From Phoronis australis (lineage: Eukaryota; Animalia; Phoronida), in assembly GCA_002633005.1 (NCBI GenBank), contig NMRA01000092.1, positions 957,861-1,021,860 of the forward strand: 64,000 bases of DNA. The letters run 5' to 3'. Made by a program: the position numbers and the translations under genes. Below are positions 1 to 13,275 of the stretch, piece after piece. Under the pieces are notes generated by a model. That model was not told the DNA's origin, made no database searches, and saw only the letters and a program-made list of their open reading frames with translations. Position 1 is the stretch's first letter. Every line of letters begins with the position of its first letter.

Positions 1-3000
1 ATCCACACACTTTTTGTCAGTTAGTTGACCCTGTTGACCGCAATTGTCCACGAATATAGTAACCTTAGGTCTTTTGGGAATTTGTGGCCACCTGTCGAAG
101 ACTTGCACCAGGGAAATTAGCAGTAATAAGGCTCAGCGCGACGACGTATTTTGATAAAAATTCCATCTTTTACCATTTGTTTACATGCTGACAGCCACGC
201 ATGCGCAATTCAATCACCACTAGTACAGCAGCGACACCGCGAGGAGAACTCTCCGAATAGCCCCATTAAGGTTAACGGAAACCCGTTTGAAAATGCAAAA
301 GCTGTCATCATATAAACAGTCTCAACAGTTTTCACAAAAATATTACAAAAAATTTTCTCTAACTTTCATTTGAACCGTTTTAAAATTACTTTACTCGCTA
401 AGCATATTTGATTGGTCTGATGCTCCACCTTGAAAAATACTGGCCTGGATAACTTCAAATAAACCTTTGAAAATATGTCACCAAGACGTATGAAAGCACA
501 TTTTTTCAAGGTCTGAGGCGATAACCCTAGAGTCGACCTCGTGGGATGGCAGTTAATGATGCTAACAAAATCCACAGATAAAGCGTAGGGTAAATTTATC
601 ACCGACAGTGAGTCCTCGTGAAATACTTTTTTCAAAAGTCTCACATCTGAAATACTTCACGATTTAAAGTTGCCCACTATTTTCTTTCCTTGCCCAACGT
701 TTCCCCCCTTAGCTTCTACTGCCCCCCAACACCCTCACCACCCGCCTTATACTGTTATACTTGTGCTGTGTAAATAACCGCGGCACCCAGAAGCGATGAA
801 TGGGGTCAATAAGATGCTCGCCGGGCCTAAGGCCTTTTGTGATGGTTTAGCGACATGGTTTGGTTTTTGCATTTGATTGATTTACTTATTTGTAGCATTT
901 TATTGTTGATATGTGATAATTTAGAGATACGTCGTTTCTCCAGATATTATTGCTATATGGGACTGCAATAAATTGATGCACTACATCTTCAATATATGAT
1001 GCATTTTAGCATTCAAATTTCCATACATTCTGATAACCAATGGTGAACACAAGTCAAGTCACCCCTTTCAGATGCTCAAGCTACATATTTTTGGCTCCAT
1101 TTAACCTTTTTAATGGGCTCATTCAATTTTCAAAGTATACGCATGATCTCCATTAACCTTTGGTATTTGTGATGTTTCTTGAACGAGAACCACACTGGGA
1201 CTTCGTTAACCTCACATAGTGCTTTTCTATTAACATGTATTTCATGGGTTCACTGATATTTACCATTTGGCTTCCTCGCAATGTATACGTTCTGTCATTA
1301 TGCTACACCAGCTTGTTGATTGTGATATTTTAGGGGATTTTTAACAGGGAACATTGTTGTACCATTAATGTTCTCTTGATCGCATCCTGAATTCCTTGGT
1401 TTGCTTAAAGTAATTATTCCTCATTTCAATGGTTCCAATTCATCACATTTCCTGGCTCCAGCTATAACATTCTCAGCTTTCACTTTCATCATTATATAAA
1501 TCCTTTGATAGGTACATTTTACACAGGGATCAATTTGTTACTGCACTTGAAAACTCAGTATTTCATGGAATTTCATTTTCATTCACTTGTCGTACTTCAA
1601 AACTCCATTCATTCGCTGCATTTTACGGATTCTTTACCACTCGAAATCAATGCTTCTTTATCGATCAGTGGCATATTCATTAAAATTGTGTGAATTGATT
1701 TCTGTTTAGTATTTTATAGGTCATTTATTCTTCTGCTCATTTGATGACATTCTACAGATTCATTCAATTATTTCATTTGACGTAACTTCATTAACTTGGT
1801 GCAGTTCGTAATGCATTACTTCGCTCAAAATTCACTACATTCTTTGAACGCATTAAGATCACTCTGACAAGTAGTGCTAAAGTGCCTATTTTGTTGCACC
1901 AGCTTGTTATACAATTTTTTCTGGCACAATTCAACAAAGAAGTACAAGTTGCTTATCTCACACATGCAACACACAATATTACTTGTCAGTGACAACAATG
2001 AATTCTGTAATTTGACAGTATCTGAAGAAAGGAGCCACCATTTGATGTAGCATAAAATAACTGTAAGCTCTACAGTCTCACCAAATTACCACAACTGAAT
2101 GATGGTTATTGATTACTGCATGTATATTTGTTCATTCAACTCATTTTGGAGATTCATGAATTCATGAAATTTTAGTTTCATTCACTCGTTGCACAAACAT
2201 AACTTCTGAACACCGATCCTGGACTCCTCTGATGCGTTCATGTCTCGTTTATTACATGTATGGTTTATATTACACGTCTTTGTAATAGCGGGCACAGTGC
2301 AGAAGGTTGCGAATCTCCACGTTGGACAGACGATACGTGAACGATAAGTGATTTTGCAGATACAAAAACGCAATCCACAATGTTGTTTAGTATGTACCTA
2401 AATGTGTGAGTGGTAAACATACATATGATTGGTAGCATGCATCAATGTACAGCATCGGCTGGATGGGAGATGCTGTTAATGCTTGCTCATTCAAGTGACA
2501 TTCTTCAATGCAAATTCATTGCCAATTCAACACAATGAGATGCAGACAACCAATGTTCAGAGACAAGATACCAAGCCTTAAAGCATGCAGTGATTGACAT
2601 CCACCAGCCAGCGTTGATTAGCAAACATTTAGGAAGTGGGAGGCAGATATTTATTTTAATGCGTGGATGATCTTCAATGTAAGCAGTTGAAGACTGGCAT
2701 CACATTTTCTTCCAATGCTTTTAACGGCATCATTTAGTCATAGCATTCTAAGGATTCATCAGTTGTGTTTAATCTGGGCCACCACAGGTTTCTTTGTATC
2801 GCATTTCACCGATTGATATTTTGTTCATTCATAAAATCTCACATTCTGTGGATTCAATTACTTCTCCCATTTTATTCGTCACACTCAACCAGTTTGTTTA
2901 GCTGTAACATTTTAAGGTTCATGCTTTATTCAATTGGTTTATACCAGCATGCACATGTCTTTCTGTGTTACCCTCTCATTTTTTCAAATTTATGTTGCTT

Positions 3001-3623
3001 CGTCACACCCTATAGGCTTTGTGATGTTTCACACATTCGTTAAAATTTCTGTGTACATTAGCCATGAATTTTATACATTTCATAGTTTCATTTGATTTAT
3101 ACCATTTGGCATATTTTTTGTCCTTAGCTCTCGTTTTATTGGTTCATTTATTTCCATGTGTTTTCAGTTCATTTAGGTTTCGCATTTAGCTTTGTCACTC
3201 AACGGTTTCACTAAGATATACCATTTCACAGATTCGTCACTTTCAAGTCATTGCACCATTAATTCGTCACATGTTACAAATTCATTAACCAATGAAAGAA
3301 TTGTCATCAGCCCACCAGGCAAGATTAAACCCAGTTAGCATGTCTGAATTTAATGCCCCACTAATTCTTCAGATTAGGAGCAATGACGACAATCTCTACT
3401 CGAATAATATCCTCTGTGAATAAAACTCAACATGGGTGGAAGACTTTACTCGTTTTACTTGATTGACATCCTTCTACGAAAAACTCGACAGGAAAGCTTT
3501 ACCCTTTTCACGGGAGTTTTTCTAGTTGTTTACTAAACTAGGGACACGTGAGTGACACTCTCCTCATAGTTCACACTTTACTGCTCAACATCCCAATTAC
3601 CCCCAGCCTCATGCAAAAAATAT

Positions 3624-4350
3624 AACACTCAAATTTCTGTACCCATATAACTCATAATAAATTACCTTTGTTTCTCTGATATACCTCTCCTTTTTATCTC
3701 TGGAAACGGAGCTTGGGACGCACCTTTTTATCTCTGGAAACGAAGCTTGGGACACACCTTTTTATCACTGGAAACAGAGCTTGAGACGCACCTATCATTT
3801 TTAGATTATACTTCAACCATGAATGGTATTTCACTCATTAAATATATTTATGTGAGAATACGGACTCGTCTTGCTTATACCACCACTTTTTCTTCATTCG
3901 GACTCATCCACTAATCCTTTGAATAGATTTGCACACGACGCACTAGGACACTTTATTACCAGTCTTACTATTAGTTCGATTCTGTTATTTGCCTTGGTCA
4001 TCTGCTCCTATTGACTGATGATTATCACGTGTCTCAGGGTTAACCTTTGTTCTCAGTAATCATGTTTCCTGTCATTCCTTGCTTTAGCAGCTCTTACGTT
4101 CGAGTAAAATCTTTCTTCATTTTTCCCCACTCACTACCACGCCCCTTTTCTGGTGGTTCCTCTTACCTGAGTGCTACGCTTTTTATTGCTTATCTTTCCA
4201 GAGATTATTATTTTATGTTTACTTATTATTTAACACTAATATTTCTCTATCATTATCACGCATAATAAATGACCTTTGTTTCTCCTATACACCTTTCCTT
4301 CTTTGGAAACGGAGCTTGCGACATACCTATCAGTTTCGGGACATGCTTCG
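3624..4350. repeat. More diverged copy (~1.2 units) of the 7220-8645 repeat with an internal 36-bp triplication
   Basis: tatctctggaaacggagcttgggacgcacct three times at ~3692-3795; colinear with the 7.2-kb unit. Confidence 0.88.
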
Positions 4351-4483
4351 CACATGAAAATCCTTATGCACACACTGACATTTGCCGTCGCCATCCTCAG
4401 CACATTGTCACACTCATCCTAAACATCCCCATGCACACTCATATTACCTTGCCCATCGATACATGTCAATCATAGGCACTGAT

Positions 4484-5509
4484 CATAGGCGGATTTAGGG
4501 GGGGGGCCCAGGGGGCCCGGGCCCCCCCCCCCCCCTTGGCTGCGGCAAAAAAATAAAACAGTAAGAGCGTAGGGAAATGGTGAGTTTATTAATTAACCCC
4601 GGTAATTAAAATTATACGGATGAAAAAAGATTTAAATGTGTGCAGTGTTAGTGTTGGGGGGGGGGCTCAAATCCAATTTCACGTGTCAAATTCGGAACAC
4701 GGCGCGTTCGTAACGGAACTATGGCTAAGTATAGAATCTCCCGCGATATCCTAGGCGACCGGCAGCGGCGCTGTGCACTACGACTCCGTTTCCGTCGTCT
4801 GCTCCACTGTGCAATTAAGAAAATTTAGTTCATTTTTTAAAGAAAATGGAACCTGAGTGACGATGAAAAAACAGAAGCTGTTGGTAAGATGTGAATTTTA
4901 ATCGAAGCCTTAGTGAATCACTCAGAAACTCGCAATATTCTCTTTGTCAAACCTTATCTTAAGACGGTTTCCAAAGCAATCCCTTCATTATTGCCAACAC
5001 GAAAAATGGATTTGGTCTTTTGGGCATTTGAAGACTATTTCAAATACGACAAATTTATTAAGAATTGATGGCACAAAATATAAAACGTGTAATAAGCATT
5101 ACAAAAAGAAGTAGGTTTCGCGCGCAAACGCTGTGGCCCATAAACAAGTAAGTCTTTTAGTATGAAATTTGTAGGCAAATGTGGGGGTGTAGTGGTAACG
5201 TACGCGCGCTCTGTCCGCCAGGTCGTGAGTTCGAGTATCTGATAATTGCATTTTTTGTTCCTGTTTGACACGTTCTCCGTGTTTTTTTTGCCTTTTTTTC
5301 TTGGATAATACTTCAGGAATCAAGGAAAATGCTTGATTTTTAGAGGTAAAAACAGAAAAGTTTCCTGGGCGGGAGGGGGGCAAACCCCCCTCCCGACCTC
5401 CCCCCATTCGGTGCTATGCGCATCTACATTCGTGGTTCAGTTTGCGCAAATGCTTCAAACCGGACAAAATGTTGGGCCCCCCCCTTGTGATATCCTAGAT
5501 CCGCCACTG
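4484..5509. mobile_element. Non-autonomous DNA transposon, copy 1 (5-bp TSD CTGAT)
   Basis: Imperfect TIRs CATAGGCGGATTTAGG / CCTAGATCCGCCACTG; CTGAT on both flanks; colinear with 48122-49048. Confidence 0.9.
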
Positions 5510-7219
5510 CTGATGCTGGACGTCAGGTTGTTGATGGTAGGTAGAGCCACCTGCAATCCCAGTCTCCACTCGAGTGAATGGCTGAAACTAGGGATTGGTA
5601 TCTCTGAACACCTTGAGTTCTTTTTATACAACAGTGACATGTAATAAGTAAATATAGCTCACGGTCTTGAAACTCACTAACGCATCAGTATACATGTAGG
5701 TGCATGTTCGCAGCTGGCAATCACCTATTATGCGAAATGGATTTAGATGAAATTACAAGTTACCGAAAAGTGAACAAAATGCGTATGTTTTGGGAGCTAA
5801 ATTTTTTGGTAAACTGGCACTCACTTAGACTCTGACACTTTTATGAAAGTCTCATGCAATTGTAACAATTAAATGTGGGCATTAGGCAAAGTGAGAGCAT
5901 TTAAATGCAAAGATTTGGACAGTTAGCATTTCGCTGAACTTGCCTGTGAACCTTTCTGAGTAAGAACTGCACGTGTAAAAGATCTCCTTAGACTTCAGTT
6001 CATCTGTACTATGCGCGGTTGATGGCAGCCAGGTGCCATTTCTTGATATACTTGATATGCGACGAGTCGATGATGGCAAGCGTAGATGCAACGACGTTCA
6101 TCAATATATGCGGTAGATTGGCTGATGGTCAATGACAGGCGGCCATAGTCAGAAAGATCCAAACCTACAACTGCCTTACTCATTCACATTAACATTAGTG
6201 CACAGCTAGGGCACTTAATTGCGACATTCAAAAGTCAGCCGGGATTCTTGTTCCACGGACATCAACAATTTTAAGTAACCTTAACTTAAATGACACATGG
6301 GTGGTAAGCCTCACATGAGTTATAACAGTGAAGATTTAGAAATTTTGGGCACTACCAGCTGAATTTAGGTGTTGATAAGTGAAGGTAAAATTGCTAGTGT
6401 AAAGTATACTCAATGTCCATTTGAACTACAGGTTACTGACAGGCCTGTGCCCTTCCCTGATTGTGGGCAGGATGCACCGATGCTCCTCAGGGCGTACATG
6501 CAGTCAATACGATGGACCCGGATAGAGATCTCCTTTGTCCCCGAGGTACGAAATGGCGTTCTTACATTGGCCTTGGTTTAGAAATGTCAGCAACCATCGT
6601 ATTCACAAATAATTCTCAAGTCGCTCCAACTTTCTGTCATTGGGGGTTGTAGCCACAGCACAGCTAAGTTCTGTAAAACTTTAAGTGTCATTGGAAGGTT
6701 AATCTCAATTAATGTAATCAATACAAATTAGATGAAAACGAGGCTAGAGACTGCTTGGCAGATGTTGCAGCCTTGTGGGTAATCCGGGAGCATCCTATTG
6801 AGTGATGGTAAATGACAGGCAGCAATGTTAAACCGGATGCATGGTCAGCAAACAGTGATCATAGATGCATGAACAAACGACAGAATTCAGTTCATAGAGG
6901 GGGGGTGAAGGATAGGCCAAAATATTGTGGCACTTGTGAAAGAGAACTGACGTTCAACAAGAGAAAGAATGACAATATGCCATGATCTGTGAAACTTAAA
7001 AGTTATTGTAAATCATGAAATCGATAATTGTACAAAATTAGCATGAATGCTGATACGACCCCTCTTCTTCTACTATTATCATGCAGTAGCATCCAAAGAA
7101 ACCTACAAAGAAGAAAGAAACAAAAATCATTAAAAAAACAAGTTTACAATTACCGTAACCGTCCCGGTTACTGCTTGTGGCACTTAACGGGACATTTAAT
7201 AATCAAGATTCTTGACATA

Positions 7220-8645
7220 TTTTACACTCATATTTCTGTAACATTATCACTCATAATAAATGACCTTTAATTCGCCTATATACGGTCTCATTTTTATCTC
7301 TGGAAACGGAGCTTGCGACGCACCTATCATTTTCGGGACATACTTCGAGCACAAATGCTATTTCACTTGTTAAATATATTTTTTCAGAATATGAACTCGT
7401 CTCACTTATACCCCCTTTTTCCTTCTTTCGGTCTGGTCCATTAATTGTTTGTGTAGATTCGCATGCGGTGCCACGAGTTCGATCAGCTCCCGGCTTTTCT
7501 TGGCTGATGATTATCACGTGTCTCAGGGTTAATCTTTGTTCTCAGGAACTATATGTTTTGTTATTTCTTTGCTTCAGCAACACTTACGTTTGAGTTTAAT
7601 CTCTCTTCACTTTTTCCCACCCTCTCCCACCCTATCTTTTTAGTGGTTCCTCTTACCGGAGTGCTGCACTTTTTATTGCACATCTTTCCAGAGATTATTA
7701 TTTGATGTTTACTTATTATTTTACACTCATATTTCTGTACTGTTATCAGTCATCGTTATTTCGCCTCTATACGGTTTCTATGTTATCTCTGGAAACGGAG
7801 CTTGCGATGCACCTGTCATTTTCGGGACATACTCGAACACAAAATGTATTTCACTCGTTAAATATATTTATTTCAGAATGTAGACTCATCTCACTTATAC
7901 CCCTTTTTTCCTTCTTTCGGTCTGGTCCATTAATCGTTTGTGTAGATTCGCATGCGATCCTTTTGTACATATGACACACTAGTACATTTCATTTCCAGCC
8001 TCACTTAATTGGTTCGTTTCTGTCGTGTGCCATGAGTTCGATCAGCTCCTGGCTCTTATAGGCTGATGATTATCACGCGTCTCAGGGTTAACCTTTGTTC
8101 TCAGGAACTATATGTTTTCTGTTATTTCTTTGCTGCAGCAACACCTACGTTTGAGTTTAATCTCTCTTCACTTTTTCCCACCCTCTCCCACCCTATCTTT
8201 TTAGTGGTTCCTCTTACCGGAGTGCTGCACTTTTTATTACACCTTTCCAGAGATTATTATTTTACGTTTACTTAATATTATTTTACACTCATATTTCTGT
8301 ACTGTTATCAGTCATCGTTATTTCGCCTCTATACGGTCTCCATGTTATCTCTGGAAACGGAGCTTGCGATGCACCTTTCATTTTTGGGATATACTCCAAC
8401 ACAAAAGGTATTTCACTCGTTAAATATATTTATTTCAGAATATAGACTCATCTCACTTATACCCCTTTTTCCTTCTTTCGGCCAGGTCCATTAATCGTTT
8501 GTGTAGATTCACATGCGGTCCTTTTGTACATATGTCGCACTAGTACATTTCATTTCCAGCCTCACTTAATTGGTTCATTTCTGTCGTGTGCCACGAGTTT
8601 GGTCAGCTCCCGGCTCTTATAGGCTGACAATTATCACGTGTTTCA
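7220..8645. repeat. ~500-560-bp tandem repeat (~2.6 copies)
   Basis: ttttacactcatatttctgta at 7220, 7719 and 8281; each unit contains tatctctggaaacggagcttgcga. Confidence 0.92.
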
Positions 8646-8900
8646 TAGATGGCATTTCTCAATTCTTAAGAGGCATGATTTGTCAAGATCAAAGTGAGTG
8701 TGAAAAATGTAACTGGGGCTCCAAAAACTGACTGGTCGTGAATCATGAAATTAACGATTTTACAAGGGTTAACCAGGATCACCCTTCACCCCCACTTAGT
8801 TACCACGGAGCTGTATACTGAAAAAGAAATTCAAGAAAACAACACAATGAATAGATGACCAATATCAAATCACCAGCAGGTGATCTTGGATGCACGACGG

Positions 8901-9150
8901 AACAATAATTAATGATTGCCATTGAACTGCACTTGAGTATTGTACCACAGCTAGGGCACCATCCTGGAAGAAACCTGAAACAATAATTAATGGTTGTCAT
9001 TGAGCGGCATTTAAGTAATGTACCACAGCTAGGGCACCATCCTGGAAGAAACCTGAAACAATAATTAATGATTGCCATTGAACGGCACTGAAGTAATGTC
9101 CCACAGGCAGGGCACCATCCTGGAAGAAACCTGAAACAATAATTAATGAT
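8901..9150. repeat. 78-bp tandem repeat, ~3.2 copies
   Basis: aacaataattaatg recurs at 8901, 8979, 9057 and 9135. Confidence 0.95.
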
Positions 9151-12100
9151 TATCACTCGACTGTAACAACTTCACATTTACTGTACACCTCTGGCCTGGG
9201 TACTAACAAGAATTAGAAAATTCAAAAATCATGGAAAAATAAACTTTCATTGTATCAAATTTGAAAACTTTGATACTGTGTGGCAGTTATCAGCAAACAG
9301 AAAATGAAATTTTGGTCATTTTTGGCAATACAGAAGCACTTGAAAAATCAAACAATGGCAAATTTGGCAATAATTTTTGTTCTTAAGGAAATTTTACCGT
9401 ATTCCCTCTGGCAGATTGTCAATTGTCGGTAGATGGTGGTAATGGGTGCACAGACAGACACATGGGGTGAACACATTCTGACAAATGGCATTTCACCAGG
9501 CGAATGTCAACGAGTACAGGGATTGGGGCACACAGGAGGAGTGAACTGTTGGTGAACAGTGGAAGATTGGTGAAGATCGACCACAATATTAGTGATACTT
9601 ATACAACCTGGAACTGAACATGAGAGAAGTCAAAATCAGTTGTGATCCTGAAAGTTAAAAAATAGTCATGAATTTTGTAATGTGATGCCTTTCATCCCAC
9701 TCCAGTTACCGTGGCGCAGCATACTGGAAAACTGAAGGAGCCTAAAGAAAATGAATCCATCCATTAATTGCAATTAGAAATGTTGAAAAGGACTTGATGG
9801 ACAGAAGGTCGGGTGGTCGGCAGCCGAGCTGTGGAGGAAAATTGTCGAAGCTGGTGGTTATTAAATATCCACTCAGAATTTGTTTGTTTGTAAATTTTGT
9901 TTGTGAAGTGGCTGTGCAATCCTAGTGAGCTATAAGGTTTAACCCTGTCTGTTGCAGTGGTTATCTAATGGTGAAAAAGCAATTTGTCCTTACTTTGAGC
10001 TCCCTCAGATTCACCACTATGGGAAACAAAATTGACTATCGGTGTCTAGTACCTACTCTATGACTGGAGTAAGTAAAATACAAACTACTGACAAACATTT
10101 TAACACTCAGTTGCGCAAAAAATCTCCAATTTGGAATGATTTCTAAATTTTGGGAGACTGAAAATAACGCAAAAATTGAATTTTCTCGATTCTAAAGATT
10201 GGGATATGCGTAGTTTTAGCCTGGTGAAATGTCTTTTTAACAAAATGTCAAAAACAGTTGCCAATGCAACACTTCTAAGAGTCTCCATGCGTCAGAAAAT
10301 CAAGGCAAAGGAAATAATAAATTTTCAAAGTCCCAACCGGGAAATGGGTTACTAAACTTATTACAATGGTAATTAAAAATGATTTTTCACTTTTGCAAAT
10401 AGGAGAATTTTTACCTTGCATAGCACCTGGAATTCAGTTCTTACATACAGTGAACTTTCAATACCAGATCTAAAGTGAACAATAGACTTCACAATGGTAT
10501 ATCGAACCCTCGGCATTAACAGCTGCTTGTTTTTTGAGCATTGCTTCATCATATTACTTGGTTTCTAACAACCCACAACATGCAGTAAAATCTCACCAAT
10601 AATGGACACAGCTACTATGGTGTACCAGTGAATTTGTTTTCCTTTTTTCATAACAGAAAAGTCAAGGGCTTCATCATTTTGGTGTTATGTACCAAAGCTA
10701 CCATACGGCAATTTTTAAGAAATTGTCGGCAATCACATCACATGAACTAGTAGTAGCCATTTTTCAATACAACCGCAACATCGTGGAATAAGACTTGTCG
10801 CTAGATTGCCATAATATAGTCAATAAACTTTTCATTAATTCTTGGCTACCATCACTTTTGTTATCGAACTGCCACTGGTGTGCAGTTGGACATTCTTGCA
10901 AACCAGAATTAGAAATTGGTGAGACCTTAACATGAACAGACATTCGCAATGTTACAAGCAAGGTAATGTAATGCAAACTTCATAATTGCCAACATTCAAA
11001 AATGAAAATAAAAAGACATATGGATCTAGGGTACTAAATGAAGAAAATGCTATAGAAACACATTATGTCTAAAGCAAGTTTTTTGGTCGATGACATCAAA
11101 CGGTTTGTTTGAAAAGCACAAAAATACGCAACCGCGCATTAACACAATGACATGACCAAGTGCGCATATGTCAAAAATCAGGATTATACCTTTTGATGCA
11201 GTGACACGACACAAGACTGCAGAATCAAAAAGCAGGATGGTCAAAATTTGGACAGTTGGCAATTATGGAACTATAGTAAATCAGGACCATTAACGGGACA
11301 TTATGGGCAAGAAAAGTGATATTCTGATATCACCCTCAGATCAAAATCAACAAATTTTGTTGTTCTATAGAATATGGTCAACACTCATAACTTCAGGACA
11401 TCTGGTCCAAACAAAAATAATTCCAAAAATGCATAACGTGATGCAATAAAACCGATGATGTCCCCTTAATGTAACACTATTCTACTGTACAGTGTAATAA
11501 CATAACTATAGATAAATAAGCATCTTCTCAATCATATATATACGCATGCATAGATATACTGTATATTATATATTATAAATAAACTATTAATTAAACAGAA
11601 CGGTCCCAGATTACACAGCGACACTTGCTAGCAAAGTTTGCCATGCCATTCAGGCTGTAACGTCGACGGCAGAAAGTTGAACAAACGTGAGGAGAATCCG
11701 TGAATGCAATAGTTCCCGACACCAACTCACAAAGGGAGCCGATATAACAATGCGTTTTTTAACTCCAGGATAAATGAGCTTTCCATCTGGCACCGTTCTA
11801 ATATGACAAAATCTCACCAAATTAGGACACACTATACCAGACAGGTGAATTTTTTTCTCAAATTTTCTACGAAAGACATGTTGTACCAAATTTTTGCTCT
11901 TTCGTGTTGAAGTTCAATAACATAACTATCTTCAGACAACAATTTGAAAAAATGTGAATATTCATGGCAATGTTTGAAGCATTTAAAAAACAAAAAGGTA
12001 ATTTTGGCAATGGGTGAGATTTTACCATATCTTAAGCAGCATTTCGTCCTGTTCAGCAAGCTAAAAAACAAAATTAAGTGAAGCCTTTTTACTCTTACAA

Positions 12101-12602
12101 AATCAGCGTCAAAAATGTTCACACCATGGCAGGATTTGTATTGTGTTACAAAGAAAAACATAAACATACCAACCCTTAAAAGTCAAGAAAAGCATTGATA
12201 AATCGGTGATTTAATTGGGTTGGCCAAACTTGAAATTCGAAATTGGTGCACAGGTAATTGCTTTAAAAAACAGGTTAGTCATATGACAACAATGACAATT
12301 TCTCTTGAATAAATCGCAGATCAGGTGCTTTGACTGTGAGTCAACAAATCAAAATGTTTTGTGACAGCTTACAAACAGGATGAAATGCAGCTTTTTAAAT
12401 TTATAATATTTTTGAACATATATACATGATATAACTTTCATAACTTTTTCAACTTTTTTTTTGTTTTTTTATATTTTTTGTTTTTTGTTTTTTTTTTATA
12501 TATTTTTTTATTTTTATTTTCATATTTTATGTTTTTAATACTTTTTAAGTATACAACTCAACAAAATTTACACACACATACACACACACTTTCACACATG
12601 TA

Positions 12603-13275
12603 GTCAAAATGGTATGGTCTAAAGATCGATCTGCCTGAGGTCTCTTAGGTAAATGAACGTCAAAAAAGAGTCAAAATGGTATGGTCTTAAGATCCGTCAG
12701 CCTGAGGTCTCTTAGGTAAATGAACGTCAAAAAGAGTCAAAATGGTATGGTCTAAAGATCCGTACGCCTGAGGTCTCTTAGGTAAATGAACGTCAAAAAA
12801 GTCAAAATGGTATGGTCTTAAGATCCGTCCGCCTGAGGTCTCTTAGATAAGTGAACGTCAAACAGAGTCAAAATGGTATGGTCTAAAGATCCGTACGCCT
12901 AAGGTCTCTTAGGTAAGTGAATGTCAAAAAAGAGTCAAAATGGTATGGTCTTAAGATCCGTCCGCCTAAGGTCTCTTAGGTAAGTGAACGTCAAAGAGTC
13001 AAAATGGTATGGTCTAAAGATCCGTATGCCTGAGGTCTCTTAGGTACTTGAACGTCAAAAAAAGTCAAAATGGGATGGTCTAAAGATCCGTACACCTGAG
13101 GTCTCTTAGGTAAATGAACGTCAAAAAAGAGTCAAAATGGTATGGTCTAAAGATATGTCCGCCTGAGGTCTCTCTAAGTAAATGAATGTCAAAAAAAAAG
13201 TCAAAATGGTATGGTCTAAAGATCCGTACGCCTGAGGTCTCTTGGGTAAGTGAACGTCAAAAAAAGTCAAAACTA
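12603..13275. repeat. Tandem array of ~66-bp units, 10 full copies plus a partial
   Basis: Consensus gtcaaaatggtatggtctaaagatccgtacgcctgaggtctcttaggtaaatgaacgtcaaaaaaga; length variation is confined to the A tract. Confidence 0.97.

Noticed and set aside
1000-3300. Possible decayed retroelement or gene on the minus strand
   Set aside because: Hand translation of parts gave frequent stops and no motif I could recognise.
12603-13275. CRISPR-like array or tandem hammerhead ribozymes
   Set aside because: Units repeat over their full length with no unique spacers, the context is eukaryotic with no cas genes, and I found no CUGANGA/GAAA hammerhead core on either strand.
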